Assembly: GCA_973895155.1 (NCBI GenBank)
Contig: OZ316895.1
Location: 12,407,929-12,471,928 of the forward strand
From: Marsupella aquatica
Lineage: Eukaryota; Plantae; Marchantiophyta
Length of the DNA: 64,000 bases
Direction of reading: 5' to 3'
The position numbers and the translations under genes were made by a program. Shown in pieces: positions 36,892-48,751 of this stretch. How positions within the stretch are numbered: position 1 is the first letter of the stretch; every line of letters starts with the position of its first letter. The notes beneath the pieces are model-generated. The model did not search any database and was not told where the DNA came from. It worked only from the letters and a program-made list of their open reading frames with translations.

Positions 36892-39800
36892 CCAGGAATC
36901 ACTGGGCTAGTTTTAGGGGAAAAGGGAAGTGTACCCTAGAAACACCTTAGTATAGTTACATAAATAAGGAAAATATAAACAATTAAGGGTGACTATGGAA
37001 CCCAAGCCGAGGCCGGAAGTAAGGACGCCAGGGGAGAGAACACAATTAGGGTTAGGGCATGCTAAGTGCCGGCGGCTAGGGGTAACCAACGGGAGGGAGA
37101 ACCAGAGGAGGAGAGGGGTAAGGACCGCTCGCGAGGAATAGTGGCTCATTTGCAAACACAAACTGGGCAGGCGACTATGGGCGGCCAACTATTGTCAACT
37201 GCTTAGGCAAGCGCTCAGGGTGGGAACAAATATTGACTATCAACTTGAGAAGGGTATGAGCAACGTCAATCAAGCGGCACATTTTTGGGGATGCCTGTTC
37301 GAACGGGCAATTGAGTACATTGGGACTTACGAGGACGAAGAATCGGAGAGAGTAGCTCAAGAACGGCAGAAGCTTGCCCGATTGTGGGAGCTGCAGAAAG
37401 CTGCCTTCTTAGGAGGAGAACTCATCAAGGCTGAATTCCTGTGGACGCCTACTGGCAACGAGCTAGACAACCTGTTGTTTTGCGAAGACAGAGTCATCGG
37501 CATCCGTGAAGCCATCAAACGCTACAACGACATACACTGGGAGTTGAAGGGTAGCACGGAGGGGTGGACAAAGGCAACCGTGCTAGGAGAGACATCCACG
37601 GCAGCCGAGATGAAGAGGAAGGGCAACAACAACGAAGAGGCCACCCCGGCAAAAAGAACAAGGTCGGCGGCACCAAAGAAGCCAGCAGAAAAGGAGAGCA
37701 AGAGGCAGAGAGAAGCCGAGGAGGAGGAGGTCGACCCCATCAACGCCATTCCAACAAGAGATGACACCTGGAAAGGCTGGGCGGCGATTCTCCCCGAGGA
37801 AGTGCAATTATACTTTGCACGGGAGGAGGATGCATGCTTTACGGCTATGCAGACTCGGAAATACCAGGGCTTCATGGCCGGATCCAGCTTGGAAGCCTTC
37901 GTAAGGTTACCGTGGCTGAAGCCGGAGGTGCCGGATTCAGACTTACTAGAATTCGTGGGATCATGGGAGTCCGAGACCAATTCCACAAGGGTGTATGGGA
38001 AGGATTTCTATCTCCGCAACCTCCACCAACCCGCATATAGGAGAGATGATCAATTTCTTGCGGGTGACCATGCATTGCAACTGGCCAAGACCAGAGATCG
38101 GCAAGGCACAGGTCTATCTGGCAGAGAGGCCAGACCCAAGCCGGGACTACAATGGTTACCTCCTCACTCAACTAAAGAAGATCTTGAAGGAGGAACAGCT
38201 GGTGATCAGCAAGGGAAGCGTGTCCCGGCTTGGCTATCACGTACCACTATTATGCCGGTATACCCGAAGTAAGACCTTTGCCCCGGTACTTCCCCTACAG
38301 GCAAGGGCACCAGAGGAGGTTCCGGAATAGAGGCCGGCAACGGAGAAACCCAACCCGCCCGACAGTCCTACAATCGAGCAGGTGTTTAGGCCAAGGACGG
38401 AGGACTTGCCGATGCAGCAACCAGGCATGCAAAATCTGCTGAAATTGCTGGAGAAGGAAAAGAGAACGGCAACGGCAACGGCACCAATGCAGGACACTGC
38501 TCCAGAGGTAGGCTTAAGCCGGCTTACAAGGGAAAACCCCTTTACTGGGGTCAAGGAGAGAAGGAGGCCGGAACACGAGCCGGGAGTCCGGATGTATGTA
38601 GGAGCCTCAAGTCCCGAAGCCGAGGAGAAGCAGGCCGTAGCTCCCGGCCACGACAAGGAGAACAAGAGATCAACACGGAAGCCGGAGGAGGAACCAAGAC
38701 CGGTGAGAGGTGAAGCCGTGTTCACGACAAAACTAGGAGAACAGCGGGAGAAGTCGGTAGTCCAAGCCGAGGAGGAGGCGGTAGAGGACTACAGCAATGA
38801 TGACTCCGGCTACGGGTCGGATCATCATGTTCCAAGAGTAAGGACCTGTGGCCGGTTCATCCCCACGCTCCCAAGAGTAGTTCGAGAAGACCCGAGCCAG
38901 CAGAGCAGCCCCGAGTCTCCCCCACCAGATGTCGCTCCCCCGAGCTTTGACGACATAAAACAGACGGCGCAGGAATTTCAGGAGTGAATCAGGGAGGAAG
39001 AGGAGGCAACCTTGGCTAGGGAAAAGGATTTACCAGGAGGAGAATGGCCATAAGACATCAGGCGGCTTGCAGAAAAACAAAGCATCCCTCCAGCCACAAT
39101 AGAAGAGATCCGCAAGGCGGCTTGGGAACAAAGGCCGCGGTGGATGATGCCGATGACTTCTACTTCCTCCACCTATGCTAAAAATAGAGCCATGGAGTAC
39201 GGGGAAATGTGTGGAGAGCTGGCGCTCAGCATCTTTGGGGAGGAGTTGGAGCAAGGACCCTTTTTTCAGAGGGAGATGTTGGAGAAGCGCCAATTAGAAG
39301 AAGCGGTGGCTTTGGAAAGAAGCAAGAAGGATGAGGTCATCCGTCGGCTTAGGGCAAGGGAAGCCGAAATCAAAGACTTGAGGGCGGCCAAGAAAGCCCA
39401 AGATGAGCTGCGGATTAAGCGGCATGAGCTAAATATCATGCAGGGCCAATTGGATATCGCACAGTCTGATAATCGGATTATTGAGAATAAACTAACTCGA
39501 ACCCAAGGAGAGTTGGCCGATGCGATCAAGGAGCGGGAGAAGTGTAAGCGAGAGCTGAGGGATGCAGAGGAGGCCCACATAACAGCCAACAACCGGGCCA
39601 TGGCGGAGACCCAGAGAAGGGAAAGGGCATTGAAGGGGGAGCTTGAGGTTATCCGTGGAGCCCTTGAGCAGAAGGAGGCGGAGTTAGGGAAATCCTATCA
39701 AGGGATTATTGCGCTGCAGCAGGAGCTTGCGTCCCCGACGGCCAGCTTCAAAGCCGACCTGCGTGAGAAGAACAATATGCTCGATCAGACTTACGCCAAG

Positions 39801-41491
39801 ATGAACCAGATGGAGTCTGTCATCATTGCAGAGCTCGACAAGGAGTTAAGAGCGACCCGGGAGGAGAGAGCTGCGTTTAAAGAGGAATTGGAGGAAGCCC
39901 AGAAGGAGTTGGAGGAGGCGCGCAAGGACCTGGACGAAGTGCAGGAAGAGTTGGAGGAAAACACGCGGAAGCTAGAGAACTTACAACGACGAGCCGACAA
40001 CCAAACGGAGCCGCTGAAGAAACAAGCCGCAGTATTTAAGTGCTTGGCTTCATCAGGGCCAACTGAAATTGAGGCCACTAAGTTACCAGGAGTGGTACTG
40101 GCCGAAGGACAAGCCGCGCCATTTGCACCAGTGCCGGAAGTAAGTGGGAAGGGGAAGGGGCCAGCTGCCAAACCAGAAAAGAAGAAGAAGCGGAAACCTT
40201 TAGGGTCAAGGACTAATACGGCTCCATAGGCCGTGGGCACCAAGGAGGTAAACCCAGCACCGACCTCAGGCAGGGTTACGGCAGAGGATCCAACTACCCT
40301 AGAAGAAAGGGATGACAAAGCCGAGGCTAGGATACTCGGTAATGAAACTGAGGTACCCAATCCGCCACTTGAGTGTGTAGGGGAGGCCATAGCCGAGGCT
40401 GATGTTGAAGCCGATGCCGATGCCGGGGGTGGACCCAGTCAGGCCGATGGAGAGTTGACTCAGTCAAGGGCAGGTAATCTGTCAGAGAACGAACCTACGG
40501 CAGTGGCTGAGGAGGAAGCATTGGGGGCGTCCACTAAGGAACAGACACCGCTGCCATGACGGTGGTGGAGGGCCGCTCCTTTCAAGGAGGGCGGACATGG
40601 AGGGAGAAGGCGTGAGTGGGCAGGGCGGGCTCAGATCTCTAAGTTTAGGATTAGGATCAGGACCAAGAGGCGGCCCTGACACTTAGCTTAGTGGGATGGC
40701 GGTTCCATTGGTAAGAGCAACACTTGTACTCCTGCCTCGCTGTACATAGGTAGATTCAGTTAGGTAGATTCAGTTAGGTAAATTCAGTTAGGTAGATTAG
40801 GCTTATGCTGCAAAGAATTAGGCGGATCCACTACCAGGATAAGTACCTGGGCAGCGGGGAGCTCAGGGCCTCTTCTTTAGCAAGTTTTTAGTTGCACCAG
40901 CCGGGCTGGGATCAAGTAGTAAGAGAAGCTCTCGGTTAGTCATACAGTGACCCTTGTGTATATTCATGTTTCCTCATGCCTAAGAGCTGAATAGAGTTGG
41001 CCTCACGGCTTAGTTCGCAGAGCTTGTGTATGAGATGTACTGTTTGTATGGCAAGTGCATGGTATGACTCAGTCAGAAGGAGTCATTTTGCTATTTGTGT
41101 GTCGCATTAACTTGTGTGAAGAGTGCCCACATCAACTAATAGATGAAGGAAAGTAAGCAAGGGAGTGAGAGTTGGATGTGTCGAGCTGAGAGAGGTCTTA
41201 GCGGCTTAACCAAGCCTATTGGGGATCATTCCGGTGGCGGAATCCAAATATACCTAACAAGAAGGAGGGGAAGACAAGGGAAGGCCTAGATTAGGCCGGC
41301 TACGTATCTCATGACCCGATGAAGGATCTGTCCAGTATATGTGTGTAAAATGTTAATAGTAGTAGTAGAAGGAGGTTAGCAGCGTCCCATGCCACTAAGC
41401 CACGAAAACGGCCTCACCAAGCGCAAAACCTGCGGGAATCGGCTTGTGAAGGGGGGTTTCTGGGGTTTAGGGAGCCATGGAACGCACCACA
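36880..41491 (+). repeat. Putative 3' LTR of copy A (~4.6 kb; ~4.75 kb with the internal deletion restored)
   Basis: TG...CA termini with 7/8 inverted repeat TGTGATGC / GCACCACA; directly follows the PPT; same 3' terminus cgcaccaca in the second copy at 45343. Confidence 0.72.
36995..40559 (+). pseudogene. Large accessory ORF (~1,200 codons reconstructed) inside the putative LTR: helical N-terminus, LPW...EF globular domain, long coiled coil, KPEKKKKRK basic patch, acidic tail
   Basis: ATG at 36995 is in frame with 37220; a ~130-bp deletion at ~38012 shifts the frame; most remaining stops are sense codons in copy B; many synonymous differences between copies. Confidence 0.75.
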
Positions 41492-44400
41492 AGGTCGACC
41501 CCGTCAATGCCATTCCAACAAGAGATGACACCTGGAAAGGCTGGGCGGTGACCCTCCCCGAGGAAGTGCAATTACACTTTGCGCGGGAAGAGGATGCATG
41601 CTTACGGCTATGCAGACTCATAAATACCAGGGCTTCATGGCCGGATCCGGCTTGGAAGCATGCGTAAAGTTACCATGGCTGAAGCCGGAGGTATCGGATT
41701 CAGACTTACTAGAATTCGTGGGATCATGGGAGCCCGAGACCAATTCCACAAGGGTGTATGGGAAGGATTTCTATCTCACTCCCTGGGTGATTTCCGAAGT
41801 GTTTGGCTTGCCGATGGGCAATAAGACCAAAGTAGATACCAGGAAGACCTTGCCAGACAAGGAGTTCCGGTTGTTTCAATGGCCATCAACAAAGAATGGC
41901 TTCTTCCGAAACACCTGCACCAACCCGCACATAGGAGAAATGGTCGATTTCTTGCGGGTGACCATGCATTGTAACTTGCCGAGGGCAGCGATCGGCAAGG
42001 CACAGGTCTATCTGGGGGAGAGGCCAGACCCAAGCCGAGACTACAACGGGTACCTCCTCACCCAACTAAAGAAGATCTTGAAGGAGGAACAACTGGTGAT
42101 CGGCATGTGAAGCGTGTCCCGGCTTGGTTATCACATGCCGTTGTTGTGCCGGTATGCCCAAAGCCAGATATTCGCCCCGGTACTGCCCCTGCAGGCAAGA
42201 GCACCAGAGGAGGTTTCGGAACCAAGGCCGGCAACAGAGAAACCAATCCAGCCCGACAGTCCTACAATCGAGCAGGTATTTAGGCCGAGGAAGGAGGACT
42301 TGCCGATGCAGCAACCAGGCATGCAGAATCTGCTGAAATTACTGGAGAAGGAAAAGAGAACAGCAGCGGCAACGGGGCCAATACAGAATACTGCTTCCGA
42401 AGTCGGCCTTAGCCAACTTACCAGGGAAAACCCCTTTACCAGGGCCAAGGAGAGAAGGAGGCCGGAACACGAGCCGAGAGTCCGAATGTATGTAGGAGCT
42501 TCAAGTCCCGAAGCCGAGGAGAAGCAACCCGAGGCCCCTGGTCACGACAGGGAGAAGATGAGATCAACGTGGAAGCCGGAGGAACCAGGACCCGTGATCT
42601 GTGGGGTTGTGTTCACGGCAGGACCAGGACAGCAGCTGGGGGAGCCGGTAGTCCAAGCCGAGGAGGAGGCGGTAGAAGGCTACGACAATGATGACTCCGA
42701 CTACGGGTCGGACCATCATGTTCCAGGAATAAGGACCTGTGGCAGGTTCATCCCCACTCTTCCAAGAGTAGTTCGAGGGGACCCGACCCAGCAGAGCAGC
42801 CCCGAATCTCCCCCACCAGATGTCGCTCCCCCGAGTTTTGACGGCATAAAATAGACGGCACAGGAGTTTCAAGAATGACGCAGGGAGGAAGAGGAGGCAG
42901 CCTTGGCAAGGGAGAAGGATTTACCAGGAGGAGAATGGCCAGAGGACATCTGGCGGCTTGCAGAAAAATGAAGCAGCCCGCCAGCCATGATAGAAGAAAT
43001 TTGCAAGGCTGCCTGGGAACAAAGGCCGCGGTGGATGATGCCGATGACTTTTGCTCACTCCGCCTATGCTAAAGAACGAGCCATGGAGTACGGGAAGATG
43101 TGTGGGGAACTTCCACTCGACATCTTTGGGGAGGAGTTGGAGCAGGGACCTTTTTTGCAGACAGAAATGTTGGAGAAGCACCGATTAGAAGAAGCGGTGG
43201 CTTTGGAAAGAAGCAAGAAGGACGAGGTCATCCGTCGGCTTAGGGCAAAGGAAGCCGAGGTAGAAGACCTGAAGGCGTCCAAGAAAGCCCAAGATGAGCT
43301 ATGGATTAAGCGGCATGAGCTCAACATCATGCAAGGGCAATTGGATACCGCGCAGTCTGATAATCAGATTATCAAGGATAAACTTACTCGGACCCAATGT
43401 GATCTGGCCGATTTGATCAAGGAGAAGGAGAAGTGGAAGCGAGAGCTGAGAGACGCATAGGAGGCCCACATAGCAGCCAACAATCGGGCCATGGCGGAAA
43501 CTCAGAGAAGGGAAAGGGCGTTGAAGGGGGAACTCGAGGATATCCACGGAGCCCTTGAGCAGAAGGAGGCCGCGTTAGGGAAATCCTATCAGGCGATTAT
43601 CATGCTGCGGCAGGAGCTCGCATCCATGACGGCCAGCTTCAAGGCCGACCTCCGCGAGAAAGACGACCAGCTCGACCAGACTTATGCCAAGATGAATAAA
43701 ATGGAGTCTGAGGTCGTTACGGAGCTTGACAAGGAGCTGAGAGCAACCCAGGAGGAGAGGGCGACCTTAAAGAAGGAATTGGAGGAAGCCCAGAAGGAGC
43801 GGGAGGAGGCGTGCAAGGACCTGGATGAATTGCAGGAGGAGTTGGAGGAAAGCACGCAGAAGATGGAAAACTTACAGCGGCGAGCCGACAACCAAACGGA
43901 GCGGTTGAAGAAACAGGCCGCAGTATTTAAGTGCTTGGCTTCCTCAGGACCAACTCCAATTGGGGAAACCAAGTTACCTGGTGTAGTACTGGTCGAAGGA
44001 CAAGCCAAGACACTCGCACCGGTGCCGGAGGTAAGTGGCAAGGGGAAGGGGCCAGCTGCCAAACCAAAGAAGAAGAAGAAGCGGAAATCTTCTGGGTCAG
44101 GGAGTAATACGGCTCCTCAAGCCATCGTGACCAAGGAGATAAACCCAACACCAACCTCAGGCAGGGTCACGGTAGAGGATCCAACTGCCCTAGAAGGCGA
44201 GGATGATGAAGCCGGGGCCAGGATACTTGGTGATGAAGCCGGGGTACCGGATCCATCACTAGAACATGTCGGGGAGGCCGTGGCCGATGCTGAGGCCGAA
44301 GCCGAGGATGGACCCAGTCAGGCCGATGGAGAGTTGACTCGGTCAAGAGCAGGTAATCTGTCAGAGGACGGACCTACGGTAGTGGCTGCGGAGGAAGTGT

Positions 44401-45343
44401 TGGGGGCGTCCATTGAGGACCAGACACCGCTGCCATGATGGTGGTGGAGGGCCGCTCCTTTCAAGGAGGGCGGACGTGGAGGGAGGAGGCGTGAGTGGGC
44501 AGGGCGAGCTCAGATCTCCAAGTTTAGAATTAGGATCAGGACCAAAGGGCAGCCCTGACACTTAGCTTAGTGGGATTGTGAATCCACTGGTAAGAGCAAC
44601 ACTTGTGCTCCTGCCTTGCTGTACATAGGTAGATTATAGTTAGGTAGATTAGGCTTACGCTGCAAGGAATTAGGCGGATCCACTACCAGGACAAGTACCT
44701 GGGCAGCGGGGAGTTCAGGGCCTTCTTCCTTAGCAAGTTTTTAGTGCATCAGCAGGGCTGGGATCAAGTAGTTAAAGAAGCTCTCAGTTAGTTATATTGT
44801 GATCCTTGTGTATATTCATGTTTCCTCATACCTAAGAAATGAATAGAGTTGGCCTCACGACTTAGTTCGCAGATCTTGTATATGAGAAGTACTGTTTGTA
44901 TGGCAAGTGCATGGTATAACTCAGTCAGAAGGAGTCATTTTGCTATTTGTGTGTCGCATTAACTTGTTTGAAGATTGCCCACATCAACAAAGAAGGGAGT
45001 AAGCAAGGTAGTAGAGTTGGATGTGTCGAGCTGAGAGAGGTCTTAGCGGCTTACCCAAGCCAATTGGGGATCATTCCGGCGGCGGAATCCAAACATACCT
45101 AAAGGAAAACCGAGAGAGGAGGACAAGGGAAGGCCGAGAATAGGTCGGCTACGTATCTCATGACCCGATGAAGGATCTGTCCAATATATGTGAGTAAAAT
45201 GTTAATAGCAATAGTAGTAGAAGGAAGTTAGCAGCGTCCCATGCCGCTAAGCCGCGAAATCGGCCTCGCCAAGAGCGAAACCTGCGGGAATCTGCTTGAG
45301 CAGAGGGGTTTCTTGGGTTTAGGGAGCCATGAGACGCACCACA
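41492..45343 (+). mobile_element. Right-hand part of the LTR of a diverged family member (copy B), with accessory ORF remnant to 44438
   Basis: Colinear with copy A from 37728 to 41491; ends cgcaccaca at 45343. Confidence 0.9.
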
Positions 45344-47016
45344 GAAACTCACCTAAGGGTTTTTCCGTGTACAAATGACCCATGCATTGAATGTGAGTAC
45401 AGTATGATTATTTGGATGCCATACAATGATCTGTTCATTGTGTTTGCCTAAAATGGACTTCAGAACAATAAATTTACAACTGACTTCGAACCATTCGAAC
45501 CATTCTTTATCCTGACATGACATTTCCGAACTCAAAAGGTCTCCAGGAAAAAAAGAGCAGCCCGGTATCGCTTTACTCAAAATTGCTCAAATTATAGGGA
45601 GCTTACAAAATTGACACATAGTGTCATAGTTCCAATAGATTATGCTCTCCTACTATTGAGAGTAGTCAACTACTGATCGAGGATCGACTACTAAGGATCG
45701 AGTACTGAGTATGAACGTCTCAGTCTTGACTATTGAGGATCGACTACTGAGGTTTGGCTACCATCGAGCTACCATATTTGCCCTTACAAACTTGCTACGT
45801 ACTGGCCCGAGCTCCACTATTGACTACTTTAGGGTGAGGGATACTTCCATCTATACTCATTGTATAGCATCCCATCCCCAGAGCTACCATCGCTATCATG
45901 TTGACCTTCCCGAGCTTCCTTCTCTCGCTCCAGTTCCATGTCCCGAGCACGAGTTGCTCTCTTCCTCTTACAAACCCATTTTTGTCGGGATGTGAACTTG
46001 AGGGGTTGTGGTGCGGGTGAGCTTGTAATCTCCTTGGCATCATCAATCTTGATACCAATGTTTGATCCATGTTTGGGGGACTCTGTAGAGTCAGACGAAA
46101 TTTTGATCACCTCCTTCCCACCATTGCGGACTACATGTACCTGCTTAGGAATGCTGGCAACACCAGCTTTTGTGCGAGCTTCAGCACCCTGTGTACTTTT
46201 CGAAGGCATTGCTCCTACACAACTCGAACACAATCCTGCACAATTGGAGCAAGCAGGATGTCAATGCGGACCATGAACGCAACATTGCATTGATAAGGAC
46301 CACAAGTAAACCTTCACCGTGGAAGTTAGCACAAGCAACGCATTGTCTGGAAAAGCAAAACCTGGCTAGAAACGTCGATAGAATCCCGTTGGAAGCAAAG
46401 CAATGAGAGCACCGTAGTTCACGGTCCCACTTCAAAATTTTGAGCTCCCCTGTCAAATGAAGTGTGTGGCCGAGAGTGGAGGTAACATAAGCGCCACCTC
46501 CTTGCATCCAATCCTCATGATGAGCCGAGCATTAATGAAACCTGTCTCATGGGAACAAAGTACCACGTAAAGGGCTCACTCATGTGAGCTCAAAGTGTCA
46601 CATGAAAAAATGCGCTACACAGAAACTGAGGTCAATTGTCTGTACTCCTCCATGATTACAATGACGTGACTTGCCGTTGATGGATATTGACATATACCAG
46701 TGAGCAATAAATCAAATGAGGTGAGTAAGCCAAAAAATTCCAAAGACGCTTAATGTGCATTCAAATATTTTCCAAAGCATGCCTTTGACTCATTCAGAAC
46801 TGACTAATGGAAGCTTAAACCATTGAATTCACACCATGAAACCACTCAATCATACCCATTCAAAACAGCTGAATTTTTATTGGTGAAATTTTCAGCAAGG
46901 TACTGAACGTACTTTATACAAAAATTGCCCAAGTACCGAAGGAGAAAAGTAATACTCTATTAATAATATGAATACTACTCATGAACATTAGAAGTTTCAC
47001 CATGTCTACTACTAGC

Positions 47017-48751
47017 TCATTGGGCCGGAGGCTGATCAACATCATCAATGACCTTCATCAAGCCTAGAATCTGCTCTTCCGATTTATCTGAGCGAAACAG
47101 CTGTAGTAACAATTGAGTCTTACGTTCAGCTCTGATCACTGACATTTGATGTTCTCTCTCCACCACAGCTCTTTTCACTAATTCTGCGTCAACTCGAAGG
47201 CCATGTCTCCTAGCAAAACGCTCCCTCCGTTCTGCTTCTACAGCTGCTTCCATCCGAGCTTCTCGCCTATCTCTCAATTCTGCCTCCTTCCACTTTCTTT
47301 TGGACTCAACCATTGATCTCATGTAATTAGCTTTTTGATACAACTTCTCAGAATAGACAGCAGCCATGTTTGTCTTAGATGAAGAGACTGAGATTGGAGG
47401 AGCTCTGTTTCTAGGTGGGGGGTTTTGCCTATGCCGTCCCCCAGCACGAGATGGGATTTGGGCCGGGGTGGGTGCAGGAGGTGGGGGGGGCAGAGTGTGA
47501 AGGAGCAGCATTGGCAGGACTTGGGCAAGCATCAGGTGCAAGAAAATTGCGTGAAGTAGCAGCAGGATGTCCATCATGGACAGATGGAGCAGGAATACTA
47601 TGAGGAGGCAGTTATGGGCCATCAGCTGTAGTCCATGCAAAGCTATCTGTTGTGGCTTGACTAAGGTCATCCTCATAGTTTTCATTCACAAGATCAGTGT
47701 AGGTTGGATATTCATTCCAGTTCAGCTCGGTTGCCTCCACCTCTCCATCGCTCTCTGCAAACCATAATTAGAAATTGGTTTAAACAAAAGAACTACAAAA
47801 TATGTCCACTCAGAAGCAATGTACATACGAACAACAGCTCATACCACTTAGAGTTTCCGTTGCAGTGTATTGAGCCTGAATTTCTTCATCGAGGTTCACT
47901 GGGTGGCCATCTGGTACTGCCTCGGTTGGTTGCACAGAAACATCAATACAATCAGGGCCCATTCCAAAAGATCCAATTGCAGCAGGTGCTACGTTTGGTC
48001 GATCACCATACAAGGCATGCATCCTCTCAAAATGGGGGCACGCCTTGTTCAACTTGTCCTCAATGGACATTCCTGCAGCAATCTCAGCTTCGTTGAGCCC
48101 TCCCCCACTGTCTGTCTTCAATGCAAGCGCCTCTTTGAATCGCTTAACATATCTCTTGTATCTCTTCCGAAGATTATCCCCTGTAGTAATCGCCATAGGA
48201 AACCCTTGTGCTTGCAGAACTACAAGCATCTGCTTGAAAGTAGTCTTCTTGGTTGGGCATTTCCCGTTGATCCTGGTACGATTAGTGCTTCCATGGAGCT
48301 GCGCAAAATTGTCAGGATTTTCCAGCCAATCAAGGATCTTGCTATAATCTTCAACCCTCAATCAAACCTTGTCTCCAGGGAGCAGATACGTGCTCCTTGC
48401 TGGAGCTGGGGTAGATTGAACTGGACGCGGAGGATTGAAGGGCCTTTGATTTGCTCGCACATTTGCCATCTCGCGATTGACAGGAACAACAACTATCGAT
48501 GGTGGAATTTCGATTGAAACAGGAATTTCAGTAGCTTCCTGCACAGAGCACCTAGCGTCCTCTCTAGCACCCTCAGACAAAGCGTTGACAATGGGCCCAG
48601 AAATGATCGATGGGGAAACTTTGATTGAGACCAAAATTTCAGCAGCTTGCTGCACAGAGCGCCCAACTCCCTGAGACAAAGTTGCAAGAATTGGCCCGGA
48701 AAGAATCCCTCCTAGAGCAATCGGCCCGATCTGTGGCGGACACTCCCCCAT
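47017..48751 (-). pseudogene. Harbinger-associated Myb/SANT-like protein of the second element (stop at 48362-48364, intron ~47844-47755, later stop and frameshift)
   Basis: ILDWLENPDNF, RYKRYVKRFKEA, SGGGLNEAEI, IEDKLNKACPHFERMHALYGDRPNV; C-terminal coiled coil. Confidence 0.8.

Larger units (their letters stand above)
32215..41491 (+). mobile_element. Ty3/gypsy (non-chromovirus) LTR retrotransposon copy A, 5'-truncated (no 5' LTR, PBS or most of gag)
   Basis: gag-pol linker, PR-RT-RH-INT order, PPT and 3' LTR. Confidence 0.9.

Noticed and set aside
36995-40559. Accessory ORF as an env gene
   Set aside because: No signal peptide or transmembrane segment is visible; the protein is hydrophilic and coiled-coil rich
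40560-41491. Short (~0.9 kb) LTR starting after the accessory ORF stop
   Set aside because: No convincing PPT plus TG start complementary to the CACCACA end was found there, whereas 36867-36888 has both; kept only as the alternative hypothesis
37522-44154. Numerous antisense ORFs over the LTR ORF (and over OFP, pol and G-patch)
   Set aside because: Shadow frames of coding or low-complexity sequence with no independent motifs
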